A DNA stretch of 64,000 nucleotides, taken from assembly GCA_013265495.1 (NCBI GenBank), contig MU058213.1, positions 3,224,001-3,288,000 on the forward strand, in the 5' to 3' direction. Shown here piece by piece: positions 1 to 13,958 of this stretch (positions are counted from its first letter, which is position 1; every line of letters starts with the position of its first letter). The translations under genes and the position numbers were made by a program. Under the pieces are notes generated by a model that saw only the letters and a program-made list of their open reading frames with translations, searched no databases and was not told where the DNA came from. The stretch comes from Vicugna vicugna (lineage: Eukaryota).

Positions 1-238
1 GTTCACATCTTGTTTTTTTTCTTTTTTCAAGTATAGTTGATTTCATACCTTGTTTTAATTCCTTTCTACAACAATGATTTTTTTAAATATTTCAAATCAT
101 TTTTTGTTTTGTCAGGTATATTGCAAAGAATAAATTCAATGCTAAAAATGTAAAATAATGGAATCACCTAGAATAATCCCAATGACTTTTTCTTCACAGT
201 ATAACTTGGAACTTAAAACATTTCTATCAATTTCTTAC

Positions 239-344
239 CTTCTATGTACAATTCTAGTTGACAGAATGCTGTTCCACGTCGTATGTGTGCCTTCATCCTT
301 GCATTAGCATTGTCTGCAACAGGTGGCGTCAACAATTCTAGTGC
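239..344 (-). CDS. DNAAF4: DNAAF4 coding exon 8 (TPR); the gene continues beyond the window start
   Basis: tgtaag|GCA...GAA G|gtaaga; 106 nt; [35 protein letters not shown]. Confidence 0.96.
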
Positions 345-1290
345 CTTACAAAACAACAACAAGGGAAAGATGTAATTTCCTAATTTAAACTTGAAAAACA
401 TGATAAAAACCTAAAAACAAGCCTCAAGCCCTCAGCCACCTAAATTTTTGGCTTAGTTGGGACAGGAATTTATCAAATACATTTATGTTGAACAAGTTTA
501 GGAATTGCTTAACTGTTCCTGTATGAGATTCATATCCCTGCCCCCAAACTTATGGTTTGGTTTATCATTTGAAGCCTTTACAGGGATGAATAAATAGCAT
601 TTGTGGTCTTCTGTCCTCAAATTGGGTGACTCAGTTTATTCATTCATTCAATAAATTTTTGTTTGTGCATGAAATTGTGCTAGTAGAAAGGAAAACTGGA
701 TCGTAAAAATACTGTCGGATCTTTAATAGCTTAATGAGATCAAAGCATTAAGACTTGAATGTTTCTTCCATATTCTCAATCTCAAGGAGCCACATAAGAG
801 GTTTCTCATGTGATTTCCCTTAAAACAAGTTACTGTGTTATATAATAAAAGGCAAAAAACTAGACATTTAAGATAATGACATGACATTAATTATGGAAAT
901 TAGGATACTGAGTTACTCTGCAAACGGGAAAATGATTATGAGATATCCTTCTACTGTGCAAGTGGTAGTGACATGAAGTGTTCGCCTTTCCACCTTGCAT
1001 TAAGTCTGCAAAACTTTAATAAAAAAGGTGAACACAAACTGACAACCATTTACTAATTTTCTTAACTTCAGCTGATACAACAAGGCAATACAGTAACAAT
1101 TGATAGGGGATCTCTAATCTGACTTGAAATCTCTAGATACACTAGTTCCTTGTCTATTTAAAAAATATTTTTAAGGAAAAAGATGTAATAAGCAAGATGA
1201 TTCTTAAAATCCTGCCATCTCAAATTTAAATTTAATTGGCAAAAGATAAGGGCATCATTTAAACCAATAAACAGCAGCATATCAATTTTA

Positions 1291-2130
<840 letters not shown>

Positions 2131-3404
2131 ATAAATACACTCTTTCAGGTCAGATCTTCCAAAATTCTCTTCAAATAAAGAAATATACATAATTAAAGTA
2201 CTTATTTTAAATGCAAAGTTTCTTTTTTGTTTTTCGTGTACAATTCCTGGTATTTTGAAAAACGCATAAACATAAGGAAAATAGAAAATAGTTTGCCAAA
2301 TATTAAAGTGCCATTTAAATAACACTTTGTATTCATTTTCAGCTGACTGTACGATATACTTTACAGTCTAGAATATTAAATGTGATGACATCAGAAGTAA
2401 ACCCAGTGAATCATGAGTGCAAGGTAAAATGACACCACTGTGACATCTAGCCTAAGCCTGACTCCAGTTTAAAATTAGTTGCACAGACTAGAGAAGCTAA
2501 TTCTGCGGGAACAGTTTCTGAAATGCCTCCTATCAGCTAGGGTGTTTCTAACCGTAAGTAACAGAACCTCAACTCAAACTGGTTTAAACATGGAAGGAAA
2601 CAGATCACCTCACATTAAAAAAAAGTTCACAGGGAAAGGCTCCATGCCCAATGCGATCAGCAGCTCAAGGATGTCACCAAGGCCTCCCCGCTTCTCCATT
2701 CCACTGGAGCCAGCAATGACTTCCCCCTGGGGCTGGCATTCCTCATGCATAGTAGAAGGTGCCACATGCAGGCACATCCATTTGAAGAAAATGGGACAGT
2801 ATCTTCTGGTATATGCTCCGTGAGAGCAAGAAAACCTTGCCCAGAAATCTCCCAGTTCACCTTCTTTCCCATCTCATTGACCAAAAATGCCTATCCTTAA
2901 AAGAAAATTTTGCCTTAAAAAAACCCCACCAGTTTCTCTGTCAATCTCTCTCTCCCCAACCTCTCTCTCCCCAGTTTCACTCCCCAATTTTTTTTCAAGA
3001 GGATATTAAATTGTTTATTGATTACACAAGATAATGGATGAGACACAAGCTTGATTCCCATCTGTAACTTTATCTGGTATTACAATTCAATTTAGATTTA
3101 TCACATAGAATGCGCCAACAATCAGACTAAGGACCAAAACTCCATGACTTTGCTTGAGTGACCCTTTACCCAGTACTATATATTTCAATTTGGGAACTTT
3201 TTAAAAAATTTCACCAATATGACCATCTTTCCATGTTAATAAATATAGATATATTATTTTTACAAAGATTTTTTACAGAGCAGTCTCTCATTATGCAAGG
3301 ATTTCCAAAACCAGTCTCCTCCTACTGACGGACATTTAAGGCTTTTATTTCCCAATACTTTGGTTTTATAAACAAGCTTATAATAAAATTCTGTACACAT
3401 ATAT

Positions 3405-3407
<3 letters not shown>

Positions 3408-3443
<36 letters not shown>

Positions 3444-3446
3444 ACA
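3408..3446. repeat. (CA)n microsatellite
   Basis: Directly visible CA run with one interruption. Confidence 0.95.
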
Positions 3447-3729
3447 AACCCAGCAGTGTAATGAAAATAACCTGATCTGTTGAAGTCAATCAGAAAATAT
3501 CCCTGAACTTGGGGTAGGGTCCCCATCCTAAACTACATGGGCAAGGTCTACATACTGAAACTAACAGGGACTCAGCCAACAAGGATAAAAGAAGACAATA
3601 AATGTTAGCTAGATAACCTATTGTGTCTACTACAGACCTTCTTTTTAAAATTAATTTTAATTTTCAAATTTACCATTTTAACCATTTTAAAATGGTTACA
3701 GTAATCCTAGTGGCTGGATGGAAATGAAC

Positions 3730-4180
3730 TCTTTATCAGATATGTGATTTGCAAATATTTTCTCTATTCTAAGGACTATCTTTTCATTCTGTTGACAGTG
3801 TCCTTAGTGCACAAAAGGTTTTAATTTCGATGCATTCCAACTTAACCATTTTTTCTTTCGTTGCCAGTGCTTTTGAAGTCACATCCAAGAAATACTGTCA
3901 AATCCAATAAACCCTATGTTTTCCTCCAAGAATTTTCTAGTTTCAGCTCTTATGGTTAGCTGTTTGATGCACTTTGAGTTAATTTTTGCATATGGTATTA
4001 GGTAAGGGTTCAACTTTGTTCTTTTGTATGTGGATATCCAGTTTTTCCAACACCATTTGTTGAAAGACTGTCCTTTCTTCATTGACTAGTCTTAGCACCC
4101 TTGATGAAAGTCATTTGACCATATGATTTTCACACATGAGGGTTATTTCTGGGCTGTCTATGCCGTTGGTCTGTATCTAC
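3730..4180 (-). mobile_element. L1 ORF2 3' fragment
   Basis: ORF 3879-4082 reads SFNKWCWKNWISTYKRTKLNPYLIPYAKINSK...FLEENIG, typical of the L1 ORF2 C-terminus. Confidence 0.88.
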
Positions 4181-4887
4181 ACAAACCTTATAGTAATACA
4201 TACATTTGGAGTTCTATTTTTCATCTTTAGTGTAAGTTTATAGTTTTATAATACAACAGTTTTATCAGAAAAGTTCTCCTAGGTTCTAAGGGAAAAAGAG
4301 CTTACAATGAGCAGTATTAAAAGAATACTGTAGGAGGCATAACAGCAAAAAATATAAAGTATTAAAAAAATTTTAATGTTTACATATATATATTAAAATA
4401 TAAAACCAACTGAACATTACATTCTTTACAGTTCAACACCAGTACAAACATGCAATAAAGCATCATTTGCTTTATGACTTTCAAAATGGTTCTGAACTCA
4501 GAAACAGCTGAATTTCAAAAGGAAGGGAAAAAAAATTAAACCTGTCTGAAGGGCAATAGCCTTTGAACACCAGATTTAAACAGAGAAGCTAATAACCAGT
4601 GTCTCCTGTGATGGCTCCAAATAAAGCAATGCCCATGAAACGAATTATGCAAAAGTAGTCATTCAGCACATACTGAGTGCTTACTGTACTGACTGCACAG
4701 CGAGAGCAAAAGAGACATGGACAACTGCAAACACGCACTCCTGTCATTTCTATGATGACTGATCGGTTTGCCTTTGTAAACAAAGAAACATCCTGATTGG
4801 CAACGGCCAAAAGGGCCAAACATTTTGGGAAAGCCTTAGGCATGGGAGAAGCTACAAGAGGCAGGAGTGATAAGAAAGAAGCAATGT

Positions 4888-4983
4888 ACTTGTTTGGTTT
4901 TTAAATGGAGGTACTGGGGATTGAATCCAGGACCTTGCACATGCTAAGCACATGCTCTACCACTCAGCTATATCCCCACCCCC
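4888..4983 (-). mobile_element. tRNA-derived SINE (camelid vic-1-like)
   Basis: Reverse complement of a tRNA-like head with A and B boxes; exact 15-bp TSD AGAAAGAAGCAATGT at 4873-4887 and 4984-4998. Confidence 0.9.
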
Positions 4984-5639
4984 AGAAAGAAGCAATGTGG
5001 AGGAAAGTAAAAAAGGGGGCAGAAGAGTTAAGAGAAATCCAAAGTCGTGGGGCTTCGAGACAGCCATGGGAGCAGGGAGAACCACACATTCCAACACAAG
5101 ACAGAACAGCTCCACTTTGTGGGCAATAGGAACTTGAACAGCCACCTGCCCCTCAAAGGACTTTTAAGGTCTCTTGTTTCTTTCAGCATCTTGTAGGGGT
5201 GGAAAACATTCCTGGGTATCTCGAGAGCTTCTAGAATTAAGTATTAGTGCACTGCAGTGAAGGAACACCACCGGTACAATTCAGCACTCGGGAGGAGGAG
5301 GCTGCCGCATACTAAATAAAATGACAGGTTAGGCCAGAAGAGGGACTGTCCTGCAGCAGAATAGCATGGGCTGTAAAATGCATACAACCAGTCAACAAAC
5401 AAAATTACAATTATGTCAAAGAGGTCATCTTAGAATATGTATTCTAAATTTCTTGAAGGCTGGCAAAAGGTAGCAGCATAAGAAATCTTGTCTCTAAAAA
5501 CAAAGAGAGTTGTAAAACCTGCAGCAGAGCAAGGCAGATTTGGCAGATCTGTTCTGCCAGGAGGTGGGTACAGGAGGATACAGGGAGACAGTTCTCCAGG
5601 GGTCTTTTATGTTCCTTCATGTTTTACGTCAGATGCACT

Positions 5640-6030
5640 GACAGCTTTTGCTTGGGACTATCTTTTCACAGATGTCTGGATGGTGCACAGCCTTGAAGTC
5701 AGGGACAGTGTCTCTCTCTGGGGCAAAGAGCAGAGATGTCTGCTGCTCAATGTAATAAAGTCAGTATCTCCTTGTGAAGCTAAAGGTTGGACAGGTTTGC
5801 TTACAATCTTTTTCTAAAAAATTGTGTTCCTTAAGCTTGGCTTTCTCAGTTATGGCATAAACCTACTGTGTGTACAGCATCCACCTGGGCCCACCTCTGC
5901 ATTGGCCCCACAGGACTGGAGGGGCAAAGGGAACCAAGATGAAAGTCATGTTATAAAGTCCTTTGTCTTGACTAATGAGTCTCCTGGCTTCCACTAGCAT
6001 CTATGAAATTATGGTAGGCTACCTCGTCAC
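5640..6030 (+). mobile_element. ERVL-type LTR (MER68/MER77-like)
   Basis: TCTCTCTCTGGGGCAAAGAGCAG...CCTACTGTGTGTACAGCATCCACCTGG...ATAAAGTCCTTTGTCTTGAC; family from recall. Confidence 0.5.
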
Positions 6031-8584
6031 AGTTCTTGCCAGGGCATGGGTTCAAACCAAAAAATTGGAGAAAATTCAATTCGGCAAGTAGAACTGTATT
6101 CTGTGTTGGGAGAAGATGGTAACAGGTGGTCAACGATCAGTATGAAAAAATCTAACATGAAGTAAAAGGACATCCAGACAGGCAGGCAGAATCCAGCCTC
6201 AGAAAATTCACAAACAGCAGGCAAACAGAAACCCAGACTGGCACAAGCTGGTACTAGGTCAGTCAGTCAGCAAGCAGCAGGGACCTACCTACAGAGCAAG
6301 GGTTCAGAAGCAGAATTAACCTGGGTGGTAAGAGAAAAAGTAAAACCAAAGCAGAGCCTCAGTCTTAAAAGGACTGGAGAGTAGGCAGGCTACAAAATCT
6401 GGCACTTAGGCCACGAGAGAAAAAAAAAGAAAATTCAGATACTGGAACTAGTTAGGTGATTTTATGTAACAACAGTAACACGATGCTGGCTGCTGGACTG
6501 TAGAGGTGTATATCCTTAATCTCCTCCTATCTAACATTAGAATCTGCTGTGGAGAGTGAGGTATGCAGATGCGATTCAAGTGGTCCTACAGTGGGGGGAA
6601 GAAGGAGCTTGCAGCTTGGGGTTAAGACAGGGGGGTCCAAGCACAGAGAAACATCGGTGAGACAGAACAACAATCACACCTTATGTGATCACAAGGGTCT
6701 GGAAGGGTAGCTATTAGAGTCACTTACAGATTCTGAGTCATGTAAGGCTGTTAAACAACATCATACCATGCGAGTATCTAAATCAGAGCATCTAGACTCT
6801 GTTTTATGTGAGATGTTCTCAGTAAAAAGCTTTCTGGTACACTGCTAATTGGAAAAGGTAAAATGCTTTAATGAGCAAAGAAAATTACCTAAGCTTATAT
6901 ATTTTCCTGAAAGGTGATTTGGCATTGACAACTAAGAGCTGGCTGTAGAAGGCTAGGTAAAGAAAAATGAAAACATTCTGTGGCTTTTTCTAAGAGCCTT
7001 TTTGAGTAGATATAAGCCCTTACACAGCTTCCTGAAGCGACTGCGCCTTTGGAAGGCCTGCCCACTTCTACCCTTTTGTAAAACAAGTGTCCCAAAGGTT
7101 TAAACACAGTAAGGACACTTGGCCTGTTTTTGCCAGTGTAAATAGAGAAAGCTACCATGAAACAAAGTCTCAGGAGATGGAAGTATTTCATCCTTTGGCT
7201 TAAATTCAAAGCTGTTTCTGAATGGGTTCTATTATGTGCGCTTCTATCTTTTGTACTGCATTACATTGCAAAAGAGGATACATTTCTCTCTAATAATTCT
7301 TACCTTTCCTTTTATCTGTTTGTACTTGGCACTGTAATTAACTGTACTCTGCTCTGTTTCTCTGGGTGTCATTAGTTACTAAGTTCTCTTCCATCTCTCC
7401 TTATTTTAACTCTCTTCCTCTCCTCTTATTTTGCATCTCTTTCTTTTTCTACCCAATTGGAGGCAATAAGGCAAAATGGTACCAAAAAAAAAAAAAAAAG
7501 AAAAGAAAAAAAGGACACTAAAGTGATTACAATCTACAAGTCACACCTGACTGCAACAAAGTACACTTTGCACTAGGTTGTTGCCAATTCATTGCTTTTG
7601 CCAGCAACCACACACACATATACACACACAAACACACATACCAGTCTTTTGCTGTCAGTCAAAAGTTCCAACCCTAGTTCAATGATCTTATCTGCCCTTT
7701 TGATTCTTAAATCCAAATCATGTCATTATTATATCAGAAATAAGACCAGACCGAACACTGCCTAGGACATTTAGCCAGTCCCAGCACTGGAAGACTTTGT
7801 GCCAAACGACCTTCCAACCACGTCCAGCAACCCTGCTATTTTTGGGTTCTGATCAAAAAGCATGCTCTTCCTTGTCCTCATGTAAACATCCCAGTTTGCT
7901 GGCCTTTCCTACTCTCTTCTTCCTCGCTTCCTTTACACTTTGTTACTCCTGATTCTGCCACAGTTGACTTTCCCTCCCAACCCAATCCTTCCTTAATCCT
8001 CAAATTTTCCACCCGATGCTTTCTAAAATAAACCTGGCTCTTCTTGGAGGGCAGTGCTATCTCTACCACCCTCTCTACTGAGGCCCCCCACTCCCCATGT
8101 CAGGGGAGGGAACTGGCATTCTCCAGACTCACTTCTGCTAGTTCCAAGCTGTAACTCTGCCTTGATGTAAACAGCATCATCCTTTGGGACTTCTGACATC
8201 TTTACCCTATAGCCTCCTAGTCACTGTCATCTAACTGGCTTTTTAAAATCATTTTTCTCTTTTTCACTGAGGGCTTTGAAACCTGCCTCCCAGCACCTGT
8301 ATCCATCCCAACTTATGCCATAATTTCAGAAGATTCTACAGTTTATATATATGACTTATTTATCAATTTAGCCTCGAAATACCTGGAACTCGTTAACTCA
8401 AATTACCATCCCTTCAGCTCCACTTTTGCTACGCATTTCCTGGGCCACATCTTGAACTTTGTCATCATCTGAACTGCACCACGTCAGTGATATTAACCTC
8501 TGGAATCCCAACCACTGACCAGAAATTTCTATTCTGCCAATTTTCCCTTTATACTCAATCTTCAACCTTATAGGGTCCTCTAAT

Positions 8585-8701
8585 GATTTTTTTTCTCCTT
8601 CTTCTTCTTCCTTTTTTTTTTAGTGGAGGCAGTGGGGATTGAACCCAAGATCTTGCACATGCTAAGCACATGCTCTACCACTGAGTTATACCCACCCCTC
8701 C
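8585..8701 (-). mobile_element. tRNA-derived SINE, same family
   Basis: GGGGATTGAACCCAAGA...CATGCTAAGCACATGCTCTACCACTGAG; T-rich tail; TSD CCTCTAAT. Confidence 0.88.
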
Positions 8702-9324
8702 CCTCTAATTTCTTAAATGCTCTGTTTTCTCTTAGTCCGCTGGGCCCCTCACGATATCTCTTCCTTTCTAGCCCAGCCTAGATTTCACGGCTAAATATCT
8801 GAGTTATTTTTCTATGAGCAATCTGGTCCCTTGTGTTACTAGCCCTCTACTGTACTTGTGAGTCAAAACTCCAACCTTAGCTCAATGATCTACTCTTAAA
8901 TCCAAAAGACTAAACACTATAGAAGATAAATCACAGAGCTGTACTGACTAGCATCTCTATGAGTTCATGCTCTCTTATCTAGGAGAGCCCTCAACAGTAC
9001 CCACTCAGCAATTTTTGTTAGAAATGTATCTAGTTTCACACTTATCTTCACTTTCTTCCCTTCCATCTCAGAAAACAAAGTATCTCCATTTATTCCAAGT
9101 CAACTTCTCAGTATTTTCTAGACCACAGTAACCAATCAACAGGACAGCACATTCAGCTATGCACACTTTAGCACTCCAGGCAGCCAGGAAGAGCGATTCA
9201 CAGCCACACCACCTGGGCTGCTTTCACTAAGGCTGATCAATTGGAACAAACGGGCAGGAAGATTTTCTTCATCTGTCAGAGGTGGACAGCCGTATTTGGA
9301 ACACAAGCTTCATAATCATATTGA

Positions 9325-9510
9325 CCCAAGATTGAATTCTGGTTCTACTTATTAACTACCACCTTAGCCAAGTTTCTTAACCTCTCTAGCCCTGTTTCTA
9401 CATTTGTAAAATGGGGATAAAGATAATAATACTCAATGAGTCAGATTGTTAAAGAAACTAAAAGAGCTATTGTGTAAAGATGCTGGCTTCTCAATAAACA
9501 TTTGTTAAAT
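9325..9510 (+). mobile_element. MIR SINE
   Basis: CCTTAGCCAAGTTTCTTAACCTCTCT...TTTGTAAAATGGGGATAA. Confidence 0.68.
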
Positions 9511-9979
9511 GGGTACAAAAGCAGTGGTTCCTAGCCAACTACAGTTGTGAGGATTTAATGAGATGGTGTATGTGAAGCTCGTGTACCTATCACAAGATAC
9601 ATATTAACTGTGATTATGACAATGGCAACTTAAAGAAAATGCAATTAAAGTAACGATTTAGACTGGATACACCTAAAACTGGATACAGGGTAGGTAAGAG
9701 GCCAGCAGACTGGGTGAAAACCAAAGGGGACTTTCACTTAATATGCAGTGTAAATTTTTTTCTGAAGATATATTTTGCTATAAAATGTAAAAATGAATGC
9801 AACTTTTAACAAGAGGAAAAACAGAAACAAAATCAAGATAATCTATCCACCCTTGGCCGTGACCCAATTTTATCCACTCTTCTTGAGGACATTTCAATCA
9901 CCTCACCACCTGCACATCTATTCAAACCTTTTCTATTCTTACTGAAGAACAAAACAAAATAAAAACTCTTTCCTTAAAG

Positions 9980-11000
9980 TTTCTATTCCATTGGCTTCTG
10001 GGAGTATTTTGGGATATTCCTTTCTTTTCCCAGATCTTCAAATGTTGGTAGGTCACAGGGTTTTATCCTCAGGCCAGTGCTCCCCTGGGCTACACATTCT
10101 TTTTGGATATCTCACCTACTCTTACAAATTTAACTGCTATGTAAATGCTGATAACGTCCAACTCTACATCTATAGTGCTGGCCTCTCCCCTGAGTTTCAC
10201 ACTTGCTCTACACTGTCCCCTAGATTGACCGAGAGACATGTCAAACTCAACACAGTCAAAACTGAACTTACCTGCATTCCCTCCTTCCTAGCCCCTCTTC
10301 CGATGTCCTCTAATTCAGCTGGTGGCATCATACAATCCATCGTTCATACTAAAACCCAGAAGTCGCGCACCACCATCCTCACTCCCCAACAATCACACGA
10401 GAACTTCTCCCTGTTTTACCTCCTGAGCATTTCTCAAATCGTCCTCCTCTCCAGCCCTGCAACAACTTCATAGTTCAAACCTCTGCCCTGATTTCTGCAA
10501 TACACTTCCCCCTACCTTTACAGGATAAAATATAAGAATCTCAACGAAGTACACAAGGCACCTGCCTATTTTTCTAGGTCCATTCGGCATTACTCCTGGC
10601 ATAAATTTTTATGCTTCAGCAAAAAATAAACTACCCATAATTCCTGACTATAGTTTGACACTATTCTTGTCTGTGAGCTTTTGTTCATACTGTCTCCTCT
10701 GCCTAAAATAAATGCCTTTCTCTCCCTTCCTCCTCAAACTCCTGCTTATCATCAAGAGGAGCCCAGGTACTATGTCCTCCAGGAAGTTCTTCCTGCAACC
10801 ATCTTCCCTACTTTAAGGTAAGGTATCCCTCTTCTGTACTCTCATTTTCCCTTGTTCTTTCTATGTACTGTACTTCTCACACAGTGTTTCAAGTATCAGT
10901 ATGTGTCTCTCTCCTCCACTGATCTCCGTGGTTCACAGCCTTGCCTACAGTCCGGCAAACAGCAAGCAATCAGTAGATGTTGATTTAATGGATCAATAAA
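9980..11000 (+). mobile_element. L2 LINE fragment
   Basis: Pyrimidine-rich; CTCTCCCCTGAGTTTCACAC, TCAAACTCAACACAGTCAAAACTGAACT; degenerate L2 3' end near 10940-11000. Confidence 0.65.
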
Positions 11001-11240
11001 TGGAGAGGAAGGGGGAGAGGGAGGAAAGAAGAGAAGGGGAGAGGAGAAAGAGAAGGGAGGATCTTGTAGGATTTTGTTGTTGGGAGTAGGAGGAACAAAC
11101 CTGTCAGCCCTGGGCTTCTGAACATCAGAAAAATGATCAACTCCAGCTCAACTCCACAAATCAATCTCTGGTGTTGTATTAGATAGGAGAAAAGGTCAAG
11201 AAAGAAGAGACAAAAGATGAGAAAAGAAAAATAGAGACTT

Positions 11241-11719
11241 TGTGGTTAGACAGATAACTGCCCCTCCCAAAGATGTCCACATCCTAATCCCCCAAACCTA
11301 TGCATATAGTAACTAAAATGGTTAGTTAGAAAGGACCTTGCAGATATGATTAAGGATCCTGAAGTAGGAGATTACCCTGGATTATGCAAGCGGGACTACT
11401 GTAATTACAAGGGTCCTCACAAAAGAGAGAGGGAGGCAGGAGAGCCAGAGGAGACGTGACTATGGAAGCAGAGGGCAGACTGATGCTACTACTGGCTGGG
11501 CCATAAGCCAAGGAATGTGAGCAGCCTCAACGCTGGAAAACCCAAGGAAACAGATTTCCCCTAGAGCCTCCAGAAGGATCGCAAAGGATACCCTAATTTC
11601 AGTCCAGTAAAACCCATTTTGGACTTCTGTCCTCCAGAACTGTAAGATAGTAAGTTCGTATTGTTTTAAGCCACTAAATTTGTAGTAGTTTTCTATGAGA
11701 GTATTAGGAAAATGATACA
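11241..11719 (+). mobile_element. MaLR solo LTR (MLT1C/D-like)
   Basis: CCCAAAGATGTCCACATCCTAATCCCC...GATTTCCCCTAGAGCCTCCAGAAGG...TTTTAAGCCACTAAATTTGT. Confidence 0.82.
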
Positions 11720-12261
11720 AAAGTACACATAATGAGATATAGTAAATACTATCTACAGTTGCCTCAAAATATGAACTCAAATTGCCACAGAATGTACCAG
11801 AATTTATTGTTTCTGACAACTGTATAAAATTCACACACATATAAATAACAGGACTGCCTACATACAAAATGATAATTTTTAAGATATTTGATAATCTTTT
11901 AAATATGGATATGACTAATCAAAGTAGCCCTAGTCTTAAAGAACCATGATTTTAAGGGAAGTATCAGGAAGGGCTGATGTTCAATGTTAAGTGATTTTAA
12001 AAGGGGTTTTAATAAACAATCCAAAAGATGTCATATTTTTCATTTCCATGACATTTAAATACAAAAGCAAATAAAAATAAGAGCCTTATTTAATTCCTAT
12101 TAGATCTGACTTTTTTAATATGGAGGCCATGACTACCTACTTAGCTTATTTGTATTATTTCTCCCAAACCACCACACGTCAAGACATCTAGAAAATGTGG
12201 CAAGTATTAATATCTATGTAAATTTATCATAAATCTTATGGCCAGAGTTCAGACAACTTAC

Positions 12262-12371
12262 TTTCCTTTGTCCTTCAACCATTCTGGGTTCTTTTCCTCT
12301 TCTTTTAAATCACTAAGCTCAGGAATATCAGCGTTCATTGCTCTTCGTGCCTCTGCTTGTTTGTGTAGCCA
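12262..12371 (-). CDS. DNAAF4: DNAAF4 coding exon 6 (absent from the ORF track)
   Basis: tacag|TGG...GGA AA|gtaagt; 110 nt; translated by hand: [36 protein letters not shown]. Confidence 0.96.
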
Positions 12372-12468
12372 CTGTAATGAGAGTGCAGGCTACTGAAGGA
12401 CACATAGATCTTATTTTATCAAGTTACTTGTACATTTTCCGTCTTCCTACATGAGATGGAAATATTAT

Positions 12469-12780
12469 TGTTACGGACTGAATGTTTGTGTCCTTGAACT
12501 TCCACATGTTGAAGCCCTGATCACCAATGTGATGGTATTTGGAGGTGGGGCCTTTGGGAGGTAATTAAGTCTAGATGAGGTCATGAAGGTGAGACCCCCG
12601 CAATCGAGTTAGTGTCCTTATGAGAAGAAGAGACCAGAGCACATGCTCTTCCCTCCACCCCTAACCCCAGCATCCTGACCGTGGACTTCCCGGCCTCCAG
12701 AACTATGGGAAATAAATGTCTGCTGTTTGCTGTACCTGGTCTGTGGTACTTCGTTATAGCAGTCTCAGTGGACTGATGCA
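12469..12780 (+). mobile_element. MaLR solo LTR (MLT1A-like)
   Basis: TGTTACGGACTGAATGTTTGTGTCC...GGTGGGGCCTTTGGGAGGTAATTA...GCCTCCAGAACTATGGGAAATAAATG. Confidence 0.82.
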
Positions 12781-13317
12781 ATATTTGATGATGATTTTAA
12801 ACTTCCAGTTTCTACACACATTTAAGCTTTTTTTTTTCAACTTCTCTAGCTGAATAAGATCAAATGTATAAAAATTTCTAGTCCAAATTTCATCCAAATT
12901 TCTGGGAGTTCATGTGAGTATTACCTTACTTTTCTTATTTATAATATATATTTTTTACATTCTAAAAATATGTAAATGACTTTTTAAAATAATTACAGTT
13001 TTATAGTTATAGAAATACTTCTATAAATAACAAAATACAGAAATATATTCTTAATAAGAAAAAAGTTAATATTTATCAATTGTCATTATAGCTTAAGGAG
13101 CTTCAATTAGTTCCACAGATTTTCAGTTGAGAGAGATATCATTTCACACCTTACAGTAAAAGAAAAAATTCAGCTCTTAGTGCTTATACAACTAAAGATA
13201 CAATATTCAAAATCCCAGAGCTCAGGAATTTATAAATGAATGAAGGATATTAATGCCAAATGTCACATTATTAATATTTTATATTAATAATAATTAATTG
13301 TAATAATATAGTTATAA

Positions 13318-13450
13318 GGATGGAGGGTATAGCTCAAGTGGTAAAGCACATGCTTAGCATGCATGAAGTCCTGGGTTCAATCCTCAAGCTAATTACCTCC
13401 CCTCCAAAAACAAAATAAATAAATACATAAAATATATATATATAAAATAA
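13318..13450 (+). mobile_element. tRNA-derived SINE, same family
   Basis: GGGTATAGCTCAAGTGGT...CCTGGGTTCAATCC; A-rich tail; TSD TAATAATATAGTTA. Confidence 0.88.
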
Positions 13451-13812
13451 TAATAATATAGTTACAATAAATTTCCAAATTTCTTCTCACTACAAAACAT
13501 ACTGATACAAAATTTACAAATTATGGAAAATGATGTATTTGATAAAATACATGGCACATGCAACAGCTTATCTCCTGGAATAAGCAACAATACTGTATAT
13601 TATATCAATGTTTTCTCATCAGCATTCTGGAGCCAAAAAAACCCTGTAGATTATTTTTCTCATATAAGAAAATGTTACATTTTTTTCATGAAGTAGTATC
13701 TTTAGTGTAACAAATACTTTAAAAATTCAGATTCCGAAAGAGTTTCAATAGACAAAATAAAAAAGAAAGTATTTTCATTTGCGATCATTGTAACTAAGAA
13801 CAGTACACCTAC

Positions 13813-13958
13813 CTCCTCTTCTTCTGCTACTTGTGATTCCCGGAGGGCAGTTGGGAATACTCGAGGGGTAAAGTTGATTTTAATACTGCCAACAGAGCGA
13901 GGGGCAGGAATACTGTCTTCCTTTAGCTTCTCAAAAAACATATTTTCTGAATTTCTCC
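13813..13958 (-). CDS. DNAAF4: DNAAF4 coding exon 5
   Basis: tgaag|GG AGA...GAG|gtaggt; 146 nt; (G)[48 protein letters not shown]. Confidence 0.97.

Noticed and set aside
4888..4983. tRNA-like sequences (this copy and six similar ones)
   Set aside because: A-rich tails, TSDs and divergence identify them as SINEs, not tRNA genes
9991..10473. 160-aa plus-strand ORF
   Set aside because: Non-ATG start and lies within a decayed L2 element
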